Part shown: positions 29,267 through 40,375 of the stretch, piece by piece | How the letters are laid out: every line of letters begins with the position of its first letter | Position numbering within the stretch: position 1 is the stretch's first letter | Origin: an uncultured bacterium | GTDB taxonomy: Bacteria; Margulisbacteria; WOR-1; CAVSGV01 | Direction of reading: 5' to 3' | Assembly (NCBI GenBank): GCA_963768305.1 | Contig: CAVYHE010000003.1 | Location: 96,001-160,000 of the forward strand | DNA: 64,000 nucleotides | Program-made: the position numbers and the translations under genes | Notes under the pieces: generated by a model | What the model was told of the DNA's origin: nothing | What the model saw: the letters and a program-made list of their open reading frames with translations, nothing else | Databases searched by the model: none

Positions 29267-30756
29267 TTACCTCTGAGCTTGAGCGACAGCTTTTATCCAC
29301 TCATCATAAAGTTTAGTTCGGATCTTTTCCGCCATCTTCGGAGTGAACGCTTTGTCGATCTTCCAGAGCTTTTTCAATTCTGCCTGGCCCTTCCAGAACC
29401 CGACCCCGAGACCGGCAAGATAGGCGGCGCCGAGCGCGGTGGTATCGACTATGACTGGGCGGATAACTTTTGCCGGCAAAATGTCAGACTGGAACTGCAT
29501 CAGAAAATCATTCTCAGTTGCTTTCCCGTCAACCTTCATCGCCTTGATCTTGAGACGCGAATCTTTTTGCATGCAGAGCATCACATCTTTTGTCTGGTAG
29601 GCGAGAGACTCAAGCGTTGCGCGGATAAGATGGGCTTTTGTCGTTCCGCGGGTGATCCCGGTGATCGTGCCCCTCGCGTACATATTCCAGTACGGCGCTC
29701 CCAGTCCGACGAAAGCGGGAACAAAATATACGCCGCCGGTATCGGGAACAGACTTTGCGATAGCTTCGGTTTCCGCCGCTTTCTTGATCAAGCCCAGCCC
29801 GTCGCGTATCCATTGGATGGCCGCGCCCGCGATAAAAACCGAGCCTTCGAGCGCGTAATAAACTTTGTTATTAATTCCCCATGCGATAGTTGTCAGCAAA
29901 CCGGTTTTTGAACTCACCATCTTAGTTCCGGTGTTCACCAGCATAAAACATCCGGTCCCGTAGGTGTTTTTGATATCTCCGGGCGCGTAGCAGCATTGCC
30001 CGAAAAGCGCCGCCTGCTGGTCGCCGGCGATCCCGGCTATCGGAATTCCATCCGGCAGAACGCCGATGCCTTTTGTATGTCCGGCAATGCCTGAAGAGGG
30101 GACGACTTTTGGAAGTATCGATCTCGGAATATTAAGTATCTTCATAAGTTTTTTATCCCAATCAAGTTTTCGGATATTGAATATCATCGTCCTGTGATGC
30201 ATTTGAATAATCGGTAACATGAGCTTTGCCGTTAGTCAGATTCCAAATTATCCAAGTATCAACCGTCCCAAACGCTAATTTCGCCATCTCATAACGCTTA
30301 ACTGTATAACTCTTTAACATTATCAAGCATCCACTTAATCTTCGTTCCTGAAAAATACGCATCGATCTTGAGCCCAGTCGCTTGCTGGATATATTTCTCA
30401 AGTCCTTTCTTCTTCAGCCAGTCGCAGATCGGCGCAGTCCTTCTGTCCTGCCAGACGATGGCGTTGAAGATCGGCTTGCCTGTTTTTTTGTCCCAGATTA
30501 TCGTTGTTTCTCTTTGGTTGGTGATGCCGATAGCGGCGATTTCGCTGCCTTTGATCTTTCCGGCCTTCAAGGCGTCGGCGATCGTCAGTTTGACCGACTG
30601 CCATATCTTGACGGGGTCGTGCTCCACCCAGCCGGGCTTCGGGAATATCTGCGGGAATTCGCGGTAAGCTCTTGACACTATCCTGCCTTTTTTGTTGAAG
30701 ATGATTATTGTCGAGCCGGTCGTTCCCTGGTCGATGGCGAGGATGTATTTCTTCAT
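29267..30756 (-). CDS. glpK: Glycerol kinase; frameshifted near 30190-30300
   Basis: [63 protein letters not shown]. Confidence 0.93.
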
Positions 30757-30821
30757 GGCGGAGACATTATACGTTAAGAAGGTGGTTTTTTAAACCGGCA
30801 GATGATGTAATGGGTTGTCTG

Positions 30822-32219
30822 TTATTTTTGCAACGTTTCGGCCGCGGCATGATGAAACTCTCGATAAAAACGTTTTGATTCATCGGCATAGCCGCAGCGT
30901 TCCAGGCATTGACCGGCAAATTTTAAATAGATCCAATTTTTTTTCGGGTTGGCTTTCACCAATTCACGGAACATCTCAATACCTGTCTTTGCATCTCCGA
31001 TCTCAATATAGATCTTTGCAAGTTCCGAGAGCGAGGCCGGATCCGCCGAGCGATAACGAATACGTTCCAACGTTTGTAAGGTCATCTTAAGTAATTCCTT
31101 CTTTTCTTTCGGATCTATTGGACGCATATCGATCGTGTTTAAATAGCTCCAGAGCACTTTTTTGTTAGCGTCTGTCGGGTGTTTTATTACGTATCCATCA
31201 AGCAGGGATTGGGCTTTTGTGTATTCTTCCAGCGCGCAATAGCACCACATCTCATTTTCCAGCGCGACGCTTTTCAACTTGGCGTCGTCGCTGTTCTTCA
31301 GCACCATGCCATATAATTCCGCGCTTTTAATAAAGTATTCGGAACATTCTTTCGAAATATCCTTTTCATCGGCGCAATATAATGTTCTTGCCATTGTTTC
31401 ATAATATCGGGCCAAGTCAAAATCCAGCATAGAATAATCTTTGCCGAAATGGTCCAGATCGTAAGCGTTCAAGGAGATCTCTTTAATGAATATAATTGGG
31501 ATTTTTAAATTACCGATCCCTAAGATCGGCGATTGATTGAACCATGTTGGGTCGACGAACGTGCTGACGACCTTGTTCTTCGTGAGGCTTATCACTTCAT
31601 TCCAGGCATGCGGCAACTTATCTGCGATTTCTTCTGAATGAGTGAAATATGCCATATAAGTGTTTTTTAGAGCGGGATTGAGGTCTTTTATGATCTGAAA
31701 TACGGCGCAATTTACCATCGCATAATGTCGGCAAACACCCTCTCCTTTACGGAAGATCGCATCGGCGCTTTCTTTATCGAGGGAAGTAGTATCAGAGTAC
31801 TTTAAGTCAGCATGTAATTGTGAGGCCGTAATAAATGATGCGACTTCGACCGCGGCGTGAACGGAAAGATTTGAAAGCGAACCGCGAGTGTATCCCAATT
31901 GTTCAGCCTTCTTTATGACCTGTTCTTGAAAACCATCATAGTTATGTATCCTGAAACTTAAATGAATGCGCTCAAAAGAAACATAACCTTTAGCATCATA
32001 TGGAGAACCGTCATCCCCGATAAATTTCTTTATCGATAAATTAGAAGTATCTATCTTTTCCTCCGCGGGACCCGGGTAAAAGCTGCGAAAAGGTAAGAAT
32101 TGAATATTCACGGGAGCTTCGCTTTTTTGCTCGGTGCCGCTCTTTACAGCAGAGGGCTCCCTGCTCGTGTTCACTGAAGGTCTGCTTATAGTAATAGTAT
32201 CGCCAATGACCGTACACAT
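30822..32219 (-). CDS. Orphan protein with transglutaminase/papain-like Cys-His-Asp triad and C-terminal TPR-like helices
   Basis: GEGVCRHYA...PHAWN...FVDPTW; C-terminal helical repeats; AAGGAG RBS. Confidence 0.65.
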   Translation of the reverse strand: MCTVIGDTITISRPSVNTSREPSAVKSGTEQKSEAPVNIQFLPFRSFYPGPAEEKIDTSNLSIKKFIGDDGSPYDAKGYVSFERIHLSFRIHNYDGFQEQVIKKAEQLGYTRGSLSNLSVHAAVEVASFITASQLHADLKYSDTTSLDKESADAIFRKGEGVCRHYAMVNCAVFQIIKDLNPALKNTYMAYFTHSEEIADKLPHAWNEVISLTKNKVVSTFVDPTWFNQSPILGIGNLKIPIIFIKEISLNAYDLDHFGKDYSMLDFDLARYYETMARTLYCADEKDISKECSEYFIKSAELYGMVLKNSDDAKLKSVALENEMWCYCALEEYTKAQSLLDGYVIKHPTDANKKVLWSYLNTIDMRPIDPKEKKELLKMTLQTLERIRYRSADPASLSELAKIYIEIGDAKTGIEMFRELVKANPKKNWIYLKFAGQCLERCGYADESKRFYREFHHAAAETLQK

Positions 32220-32264
32220 TTATGCAATTCTCCTTAATTTTTTACAGTCCTCTCCCATACTATA

Positions 32265-32294
32265 TTATCGTATCAGTTAGGCTAAAACTTGCAT
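32265..32294 (-). promoter_or_regulatory. Conserved sigma-28-like promoter motif, degenerate copy 2
   Basis: Minus strand: ATGCAAGTT ttagcctaactga TACGATAA (13-nt spacer). Confidence 0.5.
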
Positions 32295-32364
32295 CGAAAT
32301 TAGTTAATCTTTTGGCGTTTTAACGCAGTAAATTCAAGATGATATTGGAGCGGGAATTATATGA

Positions 32365-33174
32365 TTAAATGTGCTTATTTACCCAGCCAACCATGTCCCT
32401 GAACACCTGCTCCCTGTCCTTGTCCGTATATAAAGCGTGGTACATTTCGGGATACCATTTCAGCGTCTTGTCCTTTGACCGCATCTTTTTGAAATATTTT
32501 TCGGCGGCTTCGGCGGAGATCATCTTGTCCTGCCCCGCAAGGAGCATCAGGACGGGAAGCTTTATCCTTCGGGGGTGCATATTTATGAATGTCATAGCTT
32601 TCAATATCGAAAGGAAGAATTTCGCGGTCAAATTGCGGACCTCAAGGGGATCGTTGTTTATCCTTTTCGCCATCACCGGGTCGCGCGTGAAAAGCTCGGC
32701 GGAAAATCCCGCTGGGAAATATTTCATCGGATCGAAAAGGGCGGCTTTGAAAATATCCACCTTCTGCTTGAGCGTGTACGGCATCTTGTCCTTCACAGCG
32801 GGGGACATCAGGATGATGCCGTTGATCATCTTTTGATCGTGTATGGAAAAATCCAGAGTGATAAGCCCGCCCATGGATTCGCCGAACATGAATATCTTTT
32901 TGCCGGGGTTCAGCTGTTTTGCCGTCCCGACGAGTGACCTAAGCTGTTCCGTATATATTTTGAAATTATCGATATGCCCTTTTTTCGAGGATGTTTCGCC
33001 GAAGCCATTGAGCTCGATCGCATATACCTGAAATCCGCTCTTTGCCAGGTAAGGGCCGAATTCAAAAAATCTTCCGGAATATCCGCCTAAACCGTGGACA
33101 AGGATAATGACAGCCTTGGGGGAAGGGCAATTCCACTCACGATAAAATACAACGCCGTCCTGGGACTTGAGCAT
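32365..33174 (-). CDS. Alpha/beta hydrolase, lysophospholipase / monoglyceride lipase family
   Basis: VHGLG, GFGET, GESMGG nucleophile elbow, AGQDKMI, YPEMYH. Confidence 0.88.
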   Translation of the reverse strand: MLKSQDGVVFYREWNCPSPKAVIILVHGLGGYSGRFFEFGPYLAKSGFQVYAIELNGFGETSSKKGHIDNFKIYTEQLRSLVGTAKQLNPGKKIFMFGESMGGLITLDFSIHDQKMINGIILMSPAVKDKMPYTLKQKVDIFKAALFDPMKYFPAGFSAELFTRDPVMAKRINNDPLEVRNLTAKFFLSILKAMTFINMHPRRIKLPVLMLLAGQDKMISAEAAEKYFKKMRSKDKTLKWYPEMYHALYTDKDREQVFRDMVGWVNKHI

Positions 33175-33234
33175 GCCGGGATTATACTGCAATTATAATG
33201 GACGCTCAACCCCGATTGATATAAAATGCTTTCA

Positions 33235-33861
33235 ATGAAAAAGCTGGTTATCTTTGTCATGGCTATAGGTTTGTTTGCCGCATCCGCGTGGCCGATCAAG
33301 ATCGACGGGCAAGACAATGACTGGGCGAATGTAAGGACCTTCTGCAAATGCCCCTTAAGGCCGCTTGAAAAAGACCGGGCCGGATTTGACATGAAAAGCA
33401 TCAAACTTCTCCTTGGGAACGGCTTTCTATACATATTTATAGACGGAAGGAGCGTTACGGGATTGAAACCGGATAGCGGCGCCGGATTGAAGAAAACAAG
33501 CATAAGAGTTTCTTTCAGGTCCGAGCAAAGCCTGTTGAACAGGGTACGGATAGCCGCGGATCCGGATTCGCCGTGGCAGGTCAAACTGTCTTATCCGTCA
33601 ACTACTTCCGAAGTCTTCGGCAGCCGGAAGAACAAATACTGGGCTTTTATCAGAGAAAAAAAGAGAGCGGGATTTGAAATAAAGATCCCCGTTTTCCGCA
33701 CCCAAAAGGGGATCCAGGTAGGCGTTCCCGACGGGCCGATCATCAAGACTTCCAGGCCGCAGAGCACCATGCTTTCATATGTCCAGATTAATTCCGTGGA
33801 TGTGAGCACTCACCGGCTCGTGGATACGGTTGAATTTCCGATACACAGAGGTGACCTGTAA
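33235..33861 (+). CDS. Secreted hypothetical protein
   Basis: Signal peptide MKKLVIFVMAIGLFAASAWP, then IKIDGQDNDW. Confidence 0.65.
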   Translation: MKKLVIFVMAIGLFAASAWPIKIDGQDNDWANVRTFCKCPLRPLEKDRAGFDMKSIKLLLGNGFLYIFIDGRSVTGLKPDSGAGLKKTSIRVSFRSEQSLLNRVRIAADPDSPWQVKLSYPSTTSEVFGSRKNKYWAFIREKKRAGFEIKIPVFRTQKGIQVGVPDGPIIKTSRPQSTMLSYVQINSVDVSTHRLVDTVEFPIHRGDL

Positions 33862-34733
33862 TGGCGCTTGAAAAAAAACTTAAAAATATAGTTCTTGGCT
33901 TCCAGAAGAATGAGATAACGGAACATCTTATTTACAAAAGATTATCGGAGATATTGAAGAGCGCTCACAATAAGGAAGTCCTTGCGAACATATCCAAGGA
34001 TGAACTACGCCATTACACAACCTGGAAAAAATATACCAGTATTGAAGTGAAACCCAATCGGCTTAAGTACTGGTTCTATCTTTCTGTTTCGCTTATTTTC
34101 GGGGTCACTTTCGGCATGAAGCTGATGGAAGGCGGAGAGAAAGGCGCCCAAAAAGCATATGATTATATCAGCGCGGCCATTCCGGAAGCCTTGACGATCA
34201 AAAAAGATGAAGAGGAGCACGAGAGCGAACTTGTGGCGATGATCGACGAGGAAAAACTGAAATACATCGGCTCGGTGGTCCTGGGCTTGAGCGACGCGCT
34301 TGTGGAATTCACGGGAACTTTGGCCGGGCTCACGTTCGCTCTTCAGAACGCGAAGATCATAGGTGTCGCGGGATTGATAACCGGAATAGCGGCATCGCTT
34401 TCAATGGGAGCTTCCGAATACCTGTCCACAAAAACGGAAGGGGAGGCCAGGGAACCTCTAAAAGCTGCGTTCTATACGACAATCACTTATATTTTCGCGG
34501 TCGCAGTGCTGGTCTCGCCTTACTTGATGATAAATAATTATCTTGTTTGCCTCGAATTGACGCTTATCGGCGCGATAATAATGATATTCGTTTTCACATT
34601 CTATTACGCCGTCGTAAAAGAGATATCGTTCAAGGTCAGGTTCCTGGAGATGTTCGGCATTTGTATGGGCGTAGCCGCTGTAAGCTTTGCGATCGGGCTG
34701 CTAATCAGAAAGTTTCTGGGGATCCAGGTCTAG
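33861..34733 (+). CDS. Rubrerythrin-like plus VIT1/CCC1 iron transporter
   Basis: ExxH pairs (DELRH, DEEEHE), VLGLSDALVE, ASLSMGASEYLS. Confidence 0.88.
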   Translation: MALEKKLKNIVLGFQKNEITEHLIYKRLSEILKSAHNKEVLANISKDELRHYTTWKKYTSIEVKPNRLKYWFYLSVSLIFGVTFGMKLMEGGEKGAQKAYDYISAAIPEALTIKKDEEEHESELVAMIDEEKLKYIGSVVLGLSDALVEFTGTLAGLTFALQNAKIIGVAGLITGIAASLSMGASEYLSTKTEGEAREPLKAAFYTTITYIFAVAVLVSPYLMINNYLVCLELTLIGAIIMIFVFTFYYAVVKEISFKVRFLEMFGICMGVAAVSFAIGLLIRKFLGIQV

Positions 34734-35520
34734 TCACGCCCTGCAGATCACTTTTATCGATTCAAACGTCGCGTAAACCCGGTTGCCTATCCTGCTGTTC
34801 TTTTCATAATACTTGATCAGAGAATTCATTTTTGTCCTGGATCTAAGGCCTTTGGGAAGATCGGGTGAAGCGTTCAACGCCCCCATTCCCTTCAGAGACT
34901 TGAAGAAGGCCCTGAAATCAGGATAAAATTCCCTTATAGTATTGGTGTTGAATTTCAGGACTTCAAAGCCGGCGTCCTTCAGCATTGCCTGCAATTCCCG
35001 GATATCCCAGAATTTGTGCATGTGGTCCGCGTCATTGCCGAACGCGATCTTATAATTCCTTTTCAGTTCCGAAAGCGTTTTCGGCCCGAAAGTGACGAAG
35101 GCAAAGAAACCGCCGGGCTTCAGGACCCTTTTTGCTTCCGCGAAAGATTTTTCAATGTCATTTACCCACTGGAATGTCGTGCTTGAAACTACAAGATCAA
35201 AGCTTTTGTTCTCGAACGGAAGATTTTCGGCGTCGCCGGCAATAAAAGACACATTTTTAAAATGATTGTTCTGCTCCGCTTTCTTTATCATTCCTGGCGC
35301 GATGTCGCATCCGATTATTTTGGCGTCCTTGAATTTTGCCGCCAGCAGGAAAGCCGCTCCTCCCGTGCCTGTGCCGATATCAAGTATGTTTAGAGGGGGA
35401 CATTTTTACGTTAGAAAGGCTTTCTATAAGCTCTTTTGCGAGAGTCCTCTGAAGGCCCGCGAATTTGTCGTAATTCTCCGCCGACCTGGAAAATGACAAC
35501 GCTATCTTTTTTTTATCCAA
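34734..35520 (-). CDS. bioC: Malonyl-ACP O-methyltransferase; frameshifted
   Basis: FSRSAENYDKFAGLQ, ILDIGTGTG, GCDIAPGM, GDAENLPF, FQWV, TFGPKTLSEL; bio gene context. Confidence 0.85.
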
Positions 35521-36281
35521 GGAATTCCGAGATTTCATCGATCATTTCCTTTTCTCTCGTTAAATGCGGAGCGTGCCCGGCGCCTTCCAGTATTTTTAAT
35601 TTGCTTCCTTTAATGTTATCAGCCAAATATTCCGAGCATTGGCGGTCGATTATCCGGTCATTATCCCCGGCAATGATAAAAGCAGGGACATTTATTTCTG
35701 TCAGGTACTTTCTTCCGTCATAATTTTCAAAGCCGTTCATGCAGGCTGAGAGAGTTTCGGGGGAAGGGGTTTGGGATGCGAGTTCGGCCGCAAACTTTGA
35801 ATTCTCTTCATTTTCTGAAAATATCAGATGATAAAAATCGTTCATTGTCTTTTTCATGTCAGATTTCAGGCCTTTCCGGAATTTACTGAACATAGCTTTG
35901 TTCATCCCGGCGGGGAAATCGTCGGAAGCGACGAACTTCGGGGTAGATGAGACGAGTATCAGAGAATCGATATTGTTGTGCCTGTGGCCGCATTTTTCAT
36001 CTTTGCATGTTTCCAGTGATTTTTGCCGGAACATTTCCAGAGCTATCTGGCCGCCCATGGACCATCCAAGCAGCGAGAATGGTTCTTTTAGATATTGGTC
36101 AAGGGCGTAGAGGATCGACATGCGCAGAGAACGAAAAATCCCTGAATTCGCCCTTGGTTTGGCCGTGGCCGGGGATGTCAACCATCAGGGCTTCATAGTC
36201 TTTTGAGAGCTTGGTTCCAATGGACGTGAACGTCCTGGAATCGCAGCCGAACCCGTGGAGCATTACCAGATATTTTTTCAT
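35513..36281 (-). CDS. bioH: Pimeloyl-ACP methyl ester carboxylesterase (BioH-like); frameshifted near 36105
   Basis: LHGFG, DIPGHG, GWSMGG, SSTPKF, GHAPH; sits between bioC and bioB. Confidence 0.75.
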
Positions 36282-36311
36282 GGCCTTCCATTATGATATA
36301 ATTTCACGGTT

Positions 36312-37258
36312 ATGTCGATATTATCGAAGAAAGAAGCCATTGAGCTGATAAGCCTTCCGGATGACAAGACCTTCGACCTGATATTTGAGGCCGGCCGTGT
36401 TGCGAGGAAATACAAGGGAAATAAAGTAAAGCTCTGCTCGATAGTCAATGCGAGATCGGGCAAATGCTCCGAAAACTGCATGTTCTGCGCGCAGTCCGCG
36501 CATCATAAGGCAAAGATCGATGTTTATCCGCTTATTTCCTCGAATGAGATCATTGATGCTGCAAAAAATGCTGTCAAAGAAAGCCGGTCGACCTGCTTCG
36601 GGATCGTCACGTCCGGTAAAGGGATCGGGACGGACAGAGATGTCGCTGTTATCTGCGACGCCGTAAAAAAGATAAAAGGCGGTTTGAAGGTCAATCGGTG
36701 CGTCTCTTCCGGCATTCTCACAAAGGATCAGCTGAAAAGATTGAAAGATTCCGGACTGAAAAATTCCATCATAACCTGGAAACTTCAAAAAGCTTCTTCC
36801 CGAAAATGTGCACCACGCACACTTTTGAGGACAGGGTCAGGACCGTGAAAGCGGCGAAAAGCCTGGGGCTGGAAGTTTGCTGCGGCGGTATTTTTGGCCT
36901 CGGTGAAACGCCTGCCCAGAGAGTTGAACTGGCATTCCAATTGAAAGAGCTTGATCCTGTGTCAATACCGATCAATATCCTGAATCCGATAAAAGGTACC
37001 AGGGCGGAAAAGCTTCCTGTGATGAAGCCGCTGGAAGTTCTCCGGCTACTGGCCGTTTACAGGTTGATCTTCCCGGAAAAAGATATCGGCATTTTTGGAG
37101 GAAGAGAGCTCAGCTTACGCGGCCTTCAGCCGCTGATTTTCCTGGGCGGCGCGAACATGACATTGATAGGCAATTACCTTACAACTTCCGGCAACTCTCC
37201 TGAAACAGACCTGCAGATGATAAAAGATCTTGGCTTGAAGATCGAGAAGGTTTCATGA
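36312..37258 (+). CDS. bioB: Biotin synthase; frameshifted near 36760
   Basis: NARSGKCSENCMFCAQS, HHNLETS, CCGGIFGLGE, GGRE, GNYLTT. Confidence 0.92.
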
Positions 37259-38362
37259 TGGACTTCATCGAACAAGAACTGAACAAGCTCAAGGAAGAGG
37301 GTAATTTCAGGCAATTGAAGATCCCCAAAAATGTCATCAACTTCTGCTCCAACGATTATCTGGGCCTCTCAAAACATCCGAAAGTAATTGAACGGGCCGC
37401 GTCGGTCCTGAAAAAATACGGCGTGGGAGCCGGAGCTTCCAGATTGGTTTCCGGTAACTTTGATGTCCATGAAGAGCTTGAATCAAAGATCGCGGAGTAT
37501 GAGAGGACTCAAGCTTCAATAGTATTTCCCACGGGGTATATGGCGAATCTTGGGACTATCCAGGCGCTGGTGGGGGCGGGCGATGCTGTCATCATCGACA
37601 GGCTGGATCATGCGAGCATCGTCGATGGCGCCAGATTGTCCGGCGCAAAATTGCTTGTTTATCCTCACAAAGATGTCGATGCGCTTGAAAAGATACTCAA
37701 GAAAGCTTCATCATTCAAAAGAAAACTGATAGTTACTGATCACATTTTCAGCATGGACGGCGATATTGCTCCGGTCAAAGAATTGTCTGAATTAGCCGAT
37801 AAATATGATGCGATGCTGATGGTCGGATGTCGCCCATTCCACCGGGGTTCTTGATACTCGACATATTGCCCAAATATCGAAAGAACCTGATAATAATGGG
37901 GACTTTAAGCAAAGCTATCGGGTCGCTTGGCGGTTTTGTTGCGGGAACTTCCATCCTGATCGATTATCTCCGTAACAAGGCCACGTGCTTTCATATATAC
38001 TACGGCGCTTCCGCCGGCGATTGCCGCCGCGTCGATCGCATCTTTTGAGATCATAATGAGTGAGCCGGAGCTGAAGAAAAAACTATGGGACAATGTAAAA
38101 TATCTGAAAGAAAAAATGAAAAAGCTCGATCTTGATATTATGGGTTCCCAGACGCAGATAATACCGATAATGATCGGCGACTCAAAAAAAGCGGTCGAGA
38201 TCTCAGAAGATATTTATAGGCGCGGGATATTACTTGACGGCTATTCGTCCGCCTACTGTCCCGAAAGGCACGGCGAGATTACGGCTGACAGTTTCGGCCG
38301 CGCATAGCAGGGCGGATATCGATAAGCTGATAGGAGTTTTATGCCAAAAGCATTTCTCATAA
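37255..38362 (+). CDS. bioF: 8-amino-7-oxononanoate synthase; frameshifted
   Basis: [50 protein letters not shown] in shifting frames. Confidence 0.9.
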
Positions 38363-39003
38363 CCGCGACAGATACGGAAGTGGGCAAAACTTTCATCACT
38401 GCCGGACTGGCATTCGCCGCGCAGGAAAAAGGATTATCCGTCGGCATAAGCAAGCCGATCTCCTGCGGAGGGATCGAAGACGCTAAATTTTACAGGTCCA
38501 AATTGAAGCTGAAGGACAGCATCGATTCGATCAATCCGATTAAATTCAGGCAGCCGCTTTCGCCGTACGCCGCGATGAAAACGGAAAAAATAAAGATCGA
38601 CATCCGCAAGATCAAGGACGGAGTAAAAAAATTGATAAGGTCACGCGACCTTGTATTTGTGGAGGGTTTGGGAGGCGCGCTTGCGCCGGTCAAAAGAAAT
38701 TATTTTGTCGCTGATCTGGCTAATGAGCTCAAATTGCCTTGCATCATTATTGCGCGCGCCGGGCTGGGAACGATCAACCATACTCTTATGACGGTCGATG
38801 AATTGAAAAAAAGAAAGATAAGGATCTCCGGCATCATCATGAACGGATTCGACGGAAAGGAACCTTCGCAAATATCGAATGCGAAAGTTATCGAGGAATT
38901 GTCGGGAGTAAAAGTTGTCGGGAAAATAAAGGCGAGAAGCTCGTTCAAGGGATTAGTTGAGCAGATAAAAAAGCAAAAGATATATGAAAAACTCAAAACT
39001 TAA
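38341..39003 (+). CDS. bioD: Dethiobiotin synthase
   Basis: [27 protein letters not shown]. Confidence 0.93.
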   Translation: MPKAFLITATDTEVGKTFITAGLAFAAQEKGLSVGISKPISCGGIEDAKFYRSKLKLKDSIDSINPIKFRQPLSPYAAMKTEKIKIDIRKIKDGVKKLIRSRDLVFVEGLGGALAPVKRNYFVADLANELKLPCIIIARAGLGTINHTLMTVDELKKRKIRISGIIMNGFDGKEPSQISNAKVIEELSGVKVVGKIKARSSFKGLVEQIKKQKIYEKLKT

Positions 39004-40375
39004 GAATATTGACCGAAAATATATATGGCATCCGTTCACGCAGATGCAGGACTGGATGAACAGCGAGCCGCTCATCATCGAAGAAGGCAAGGGCGCGTGG
39101 ATAAAAGATATCGACGGCAAATGGTATATCGACGGTGTCTCGTCGCTGTGGGTGAATGTCCACGGCCACAGGCATCCCGCAATCGATAAAGCTGTCAAAG
39201 CTCAGATTGATAAAATTGCTCACTCCACGATGCTGGGCCTTTCGAACGTTCCTGCGGCCATCCTTGCGGAAAAATTGATAAAGATAGCGCCAAAAGGATT
39301 GAAAAAAGTATTCTATTCGGATTCGGGCTCTGAGGGTGTGGATATAGCGTTGAAAATGGCGTTCCAGTATTGGCAGCAACGCGGAAAGTTAAGAGTTAAA
39401 AGTTATGAGTTAAGGAAGAAGAAGTTTTTGACTTTAGTTAATGCGTATCACGGAGATACGATCGGGGCTGTTTCGGTAGGGGGCATAGACCTCTTCCATC
39501 AGATATACAAGCCGCTGCTGTTCAAGTCGTTCAAAGCGCCGACGCCGTATTGCTATAGATGTCCCTTCAAATTAGAGAGCGGAGATCAGAAATGTGAGAT
39601 GAGATGCCTGAGAGAAGTCGAAAATATAATGAAGAAACATCGCAAGGAGATCGCCGCGATGATAGTTGAGCCGCTGGTTCAGGCCGCGGCGGGGATGCTT
39701 GTTTATCCGAAAGGTTACCTTAAAGGCATCAGAAAACTCTGCACGAAATACGATATCCTGATGATAGCGGATGAGGTGGCCGTCGGTTTCGGAAGGACCG
39801 GAAAAATGTTCGCCTGCGAGCATGAAAATATCAGCCCTGATCTGATGATCGTCGCGAAAGGCCTGACCGGCGGATATCTTCCCGTTGCCACTACGCTAAC
39901 CACAGAAAAGATTTTCAATGCGTTCTTGGGCACTCACGAAAGCAATCGTACTTTTTATCACGGTCATACTTACACAGGCAATCCTCTGGGATGCGCCGCG
40001 GGAATAGCGAGCATGGATCTTTTTAGGTCTGAAAAAACATTGCAACATCTTCAGCCGAAGATCAAATTTTTAAGCGAAAAACTTGAGAAATTCAAAAAGC
40101 TCGATCACGTCGGCGATATCAGGCGATGCGGTTTCATTGCCGGGATCGAGCTCGTAAAAGATAAACGTACTAAAGAGGCTTATACGCCGTCCGATAAGAT
40201 CGGCATAAAGGTCATAATGGAAGCGAGGAAGCGAGGGCTGATAATAAGGCCGCTTTCGGACATTATCGTGATCATGCCACCGCTGTCCATATCAAAGGTG
40301 GATTTAGGCAATATGCTTGATATAATCTATAGTTCAATAAAAAAAGTCACTGAAGGGAAGGTGGAACCATGGTAA
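38984..40375 (+). CDS. bioA: Adenosylmethionine-8-amino-7-oxononanoate transaminase
   Basis: WHPFTQM, DGVSSLWVNVHGH, AYHGDT, DEVAVGFGRTG, AKGLTGGYLP, HGHTYTGNP. Confidence 0.95.
   Translation: MKNSKLKNIDRKYIWHPFTQMQDWMNSEPLIIEEGKGAWIKDIDGKWYIDGVSSLWVNVHGHRHPAIDKAVKAQIDKIAHSTMLGLSNVPAAILAEKLIKIAPKGLKKVFYSDSGSEGVDIALKMAFQYWQQRGKLRVKSYELRKKKFLTLVNAYHGDTIGAVSVGGIDLFHQIYKPLLFKSFKAPTPYCYRCPFKLESGDQKCEMRCLREVENIMKKHRKEIAAMIVEPLVQAAAGMLVYPKGYLKGIRKLCTKYDILMIADEVAVGFGRTGKMFACEHENISPDLMIVAKGLTGGYLPVATTLTTEKIFNAFLGTHESNRTFYHGHTYTGNPLGCAAGIASMDLFRSEKTLQHLQPKIKFLSEKLEKFKKLDHVGDIRRCGFIAGIELVKDKRTKEAYTPSDKIGIKVIMEARKRGLIIRPLSDIIVIMPPLSISKVDLGNMLDIIYSSIKKVTEGKVEPW

Noticed and set aside
36282..36311. BirA operator between bioH and bioB
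   Set aside because: No TGTAAACC...GGTTTACA-like inverted repeat is visible in the 30-bp gap.
17859..38362. Programmed frameshifting, phase variation or mass pseudogenisation
   Set aside because: The indels hit unrelated genes including ssb, share no slippery motif and cluster regionally, so sequencing error is more parsimonious.
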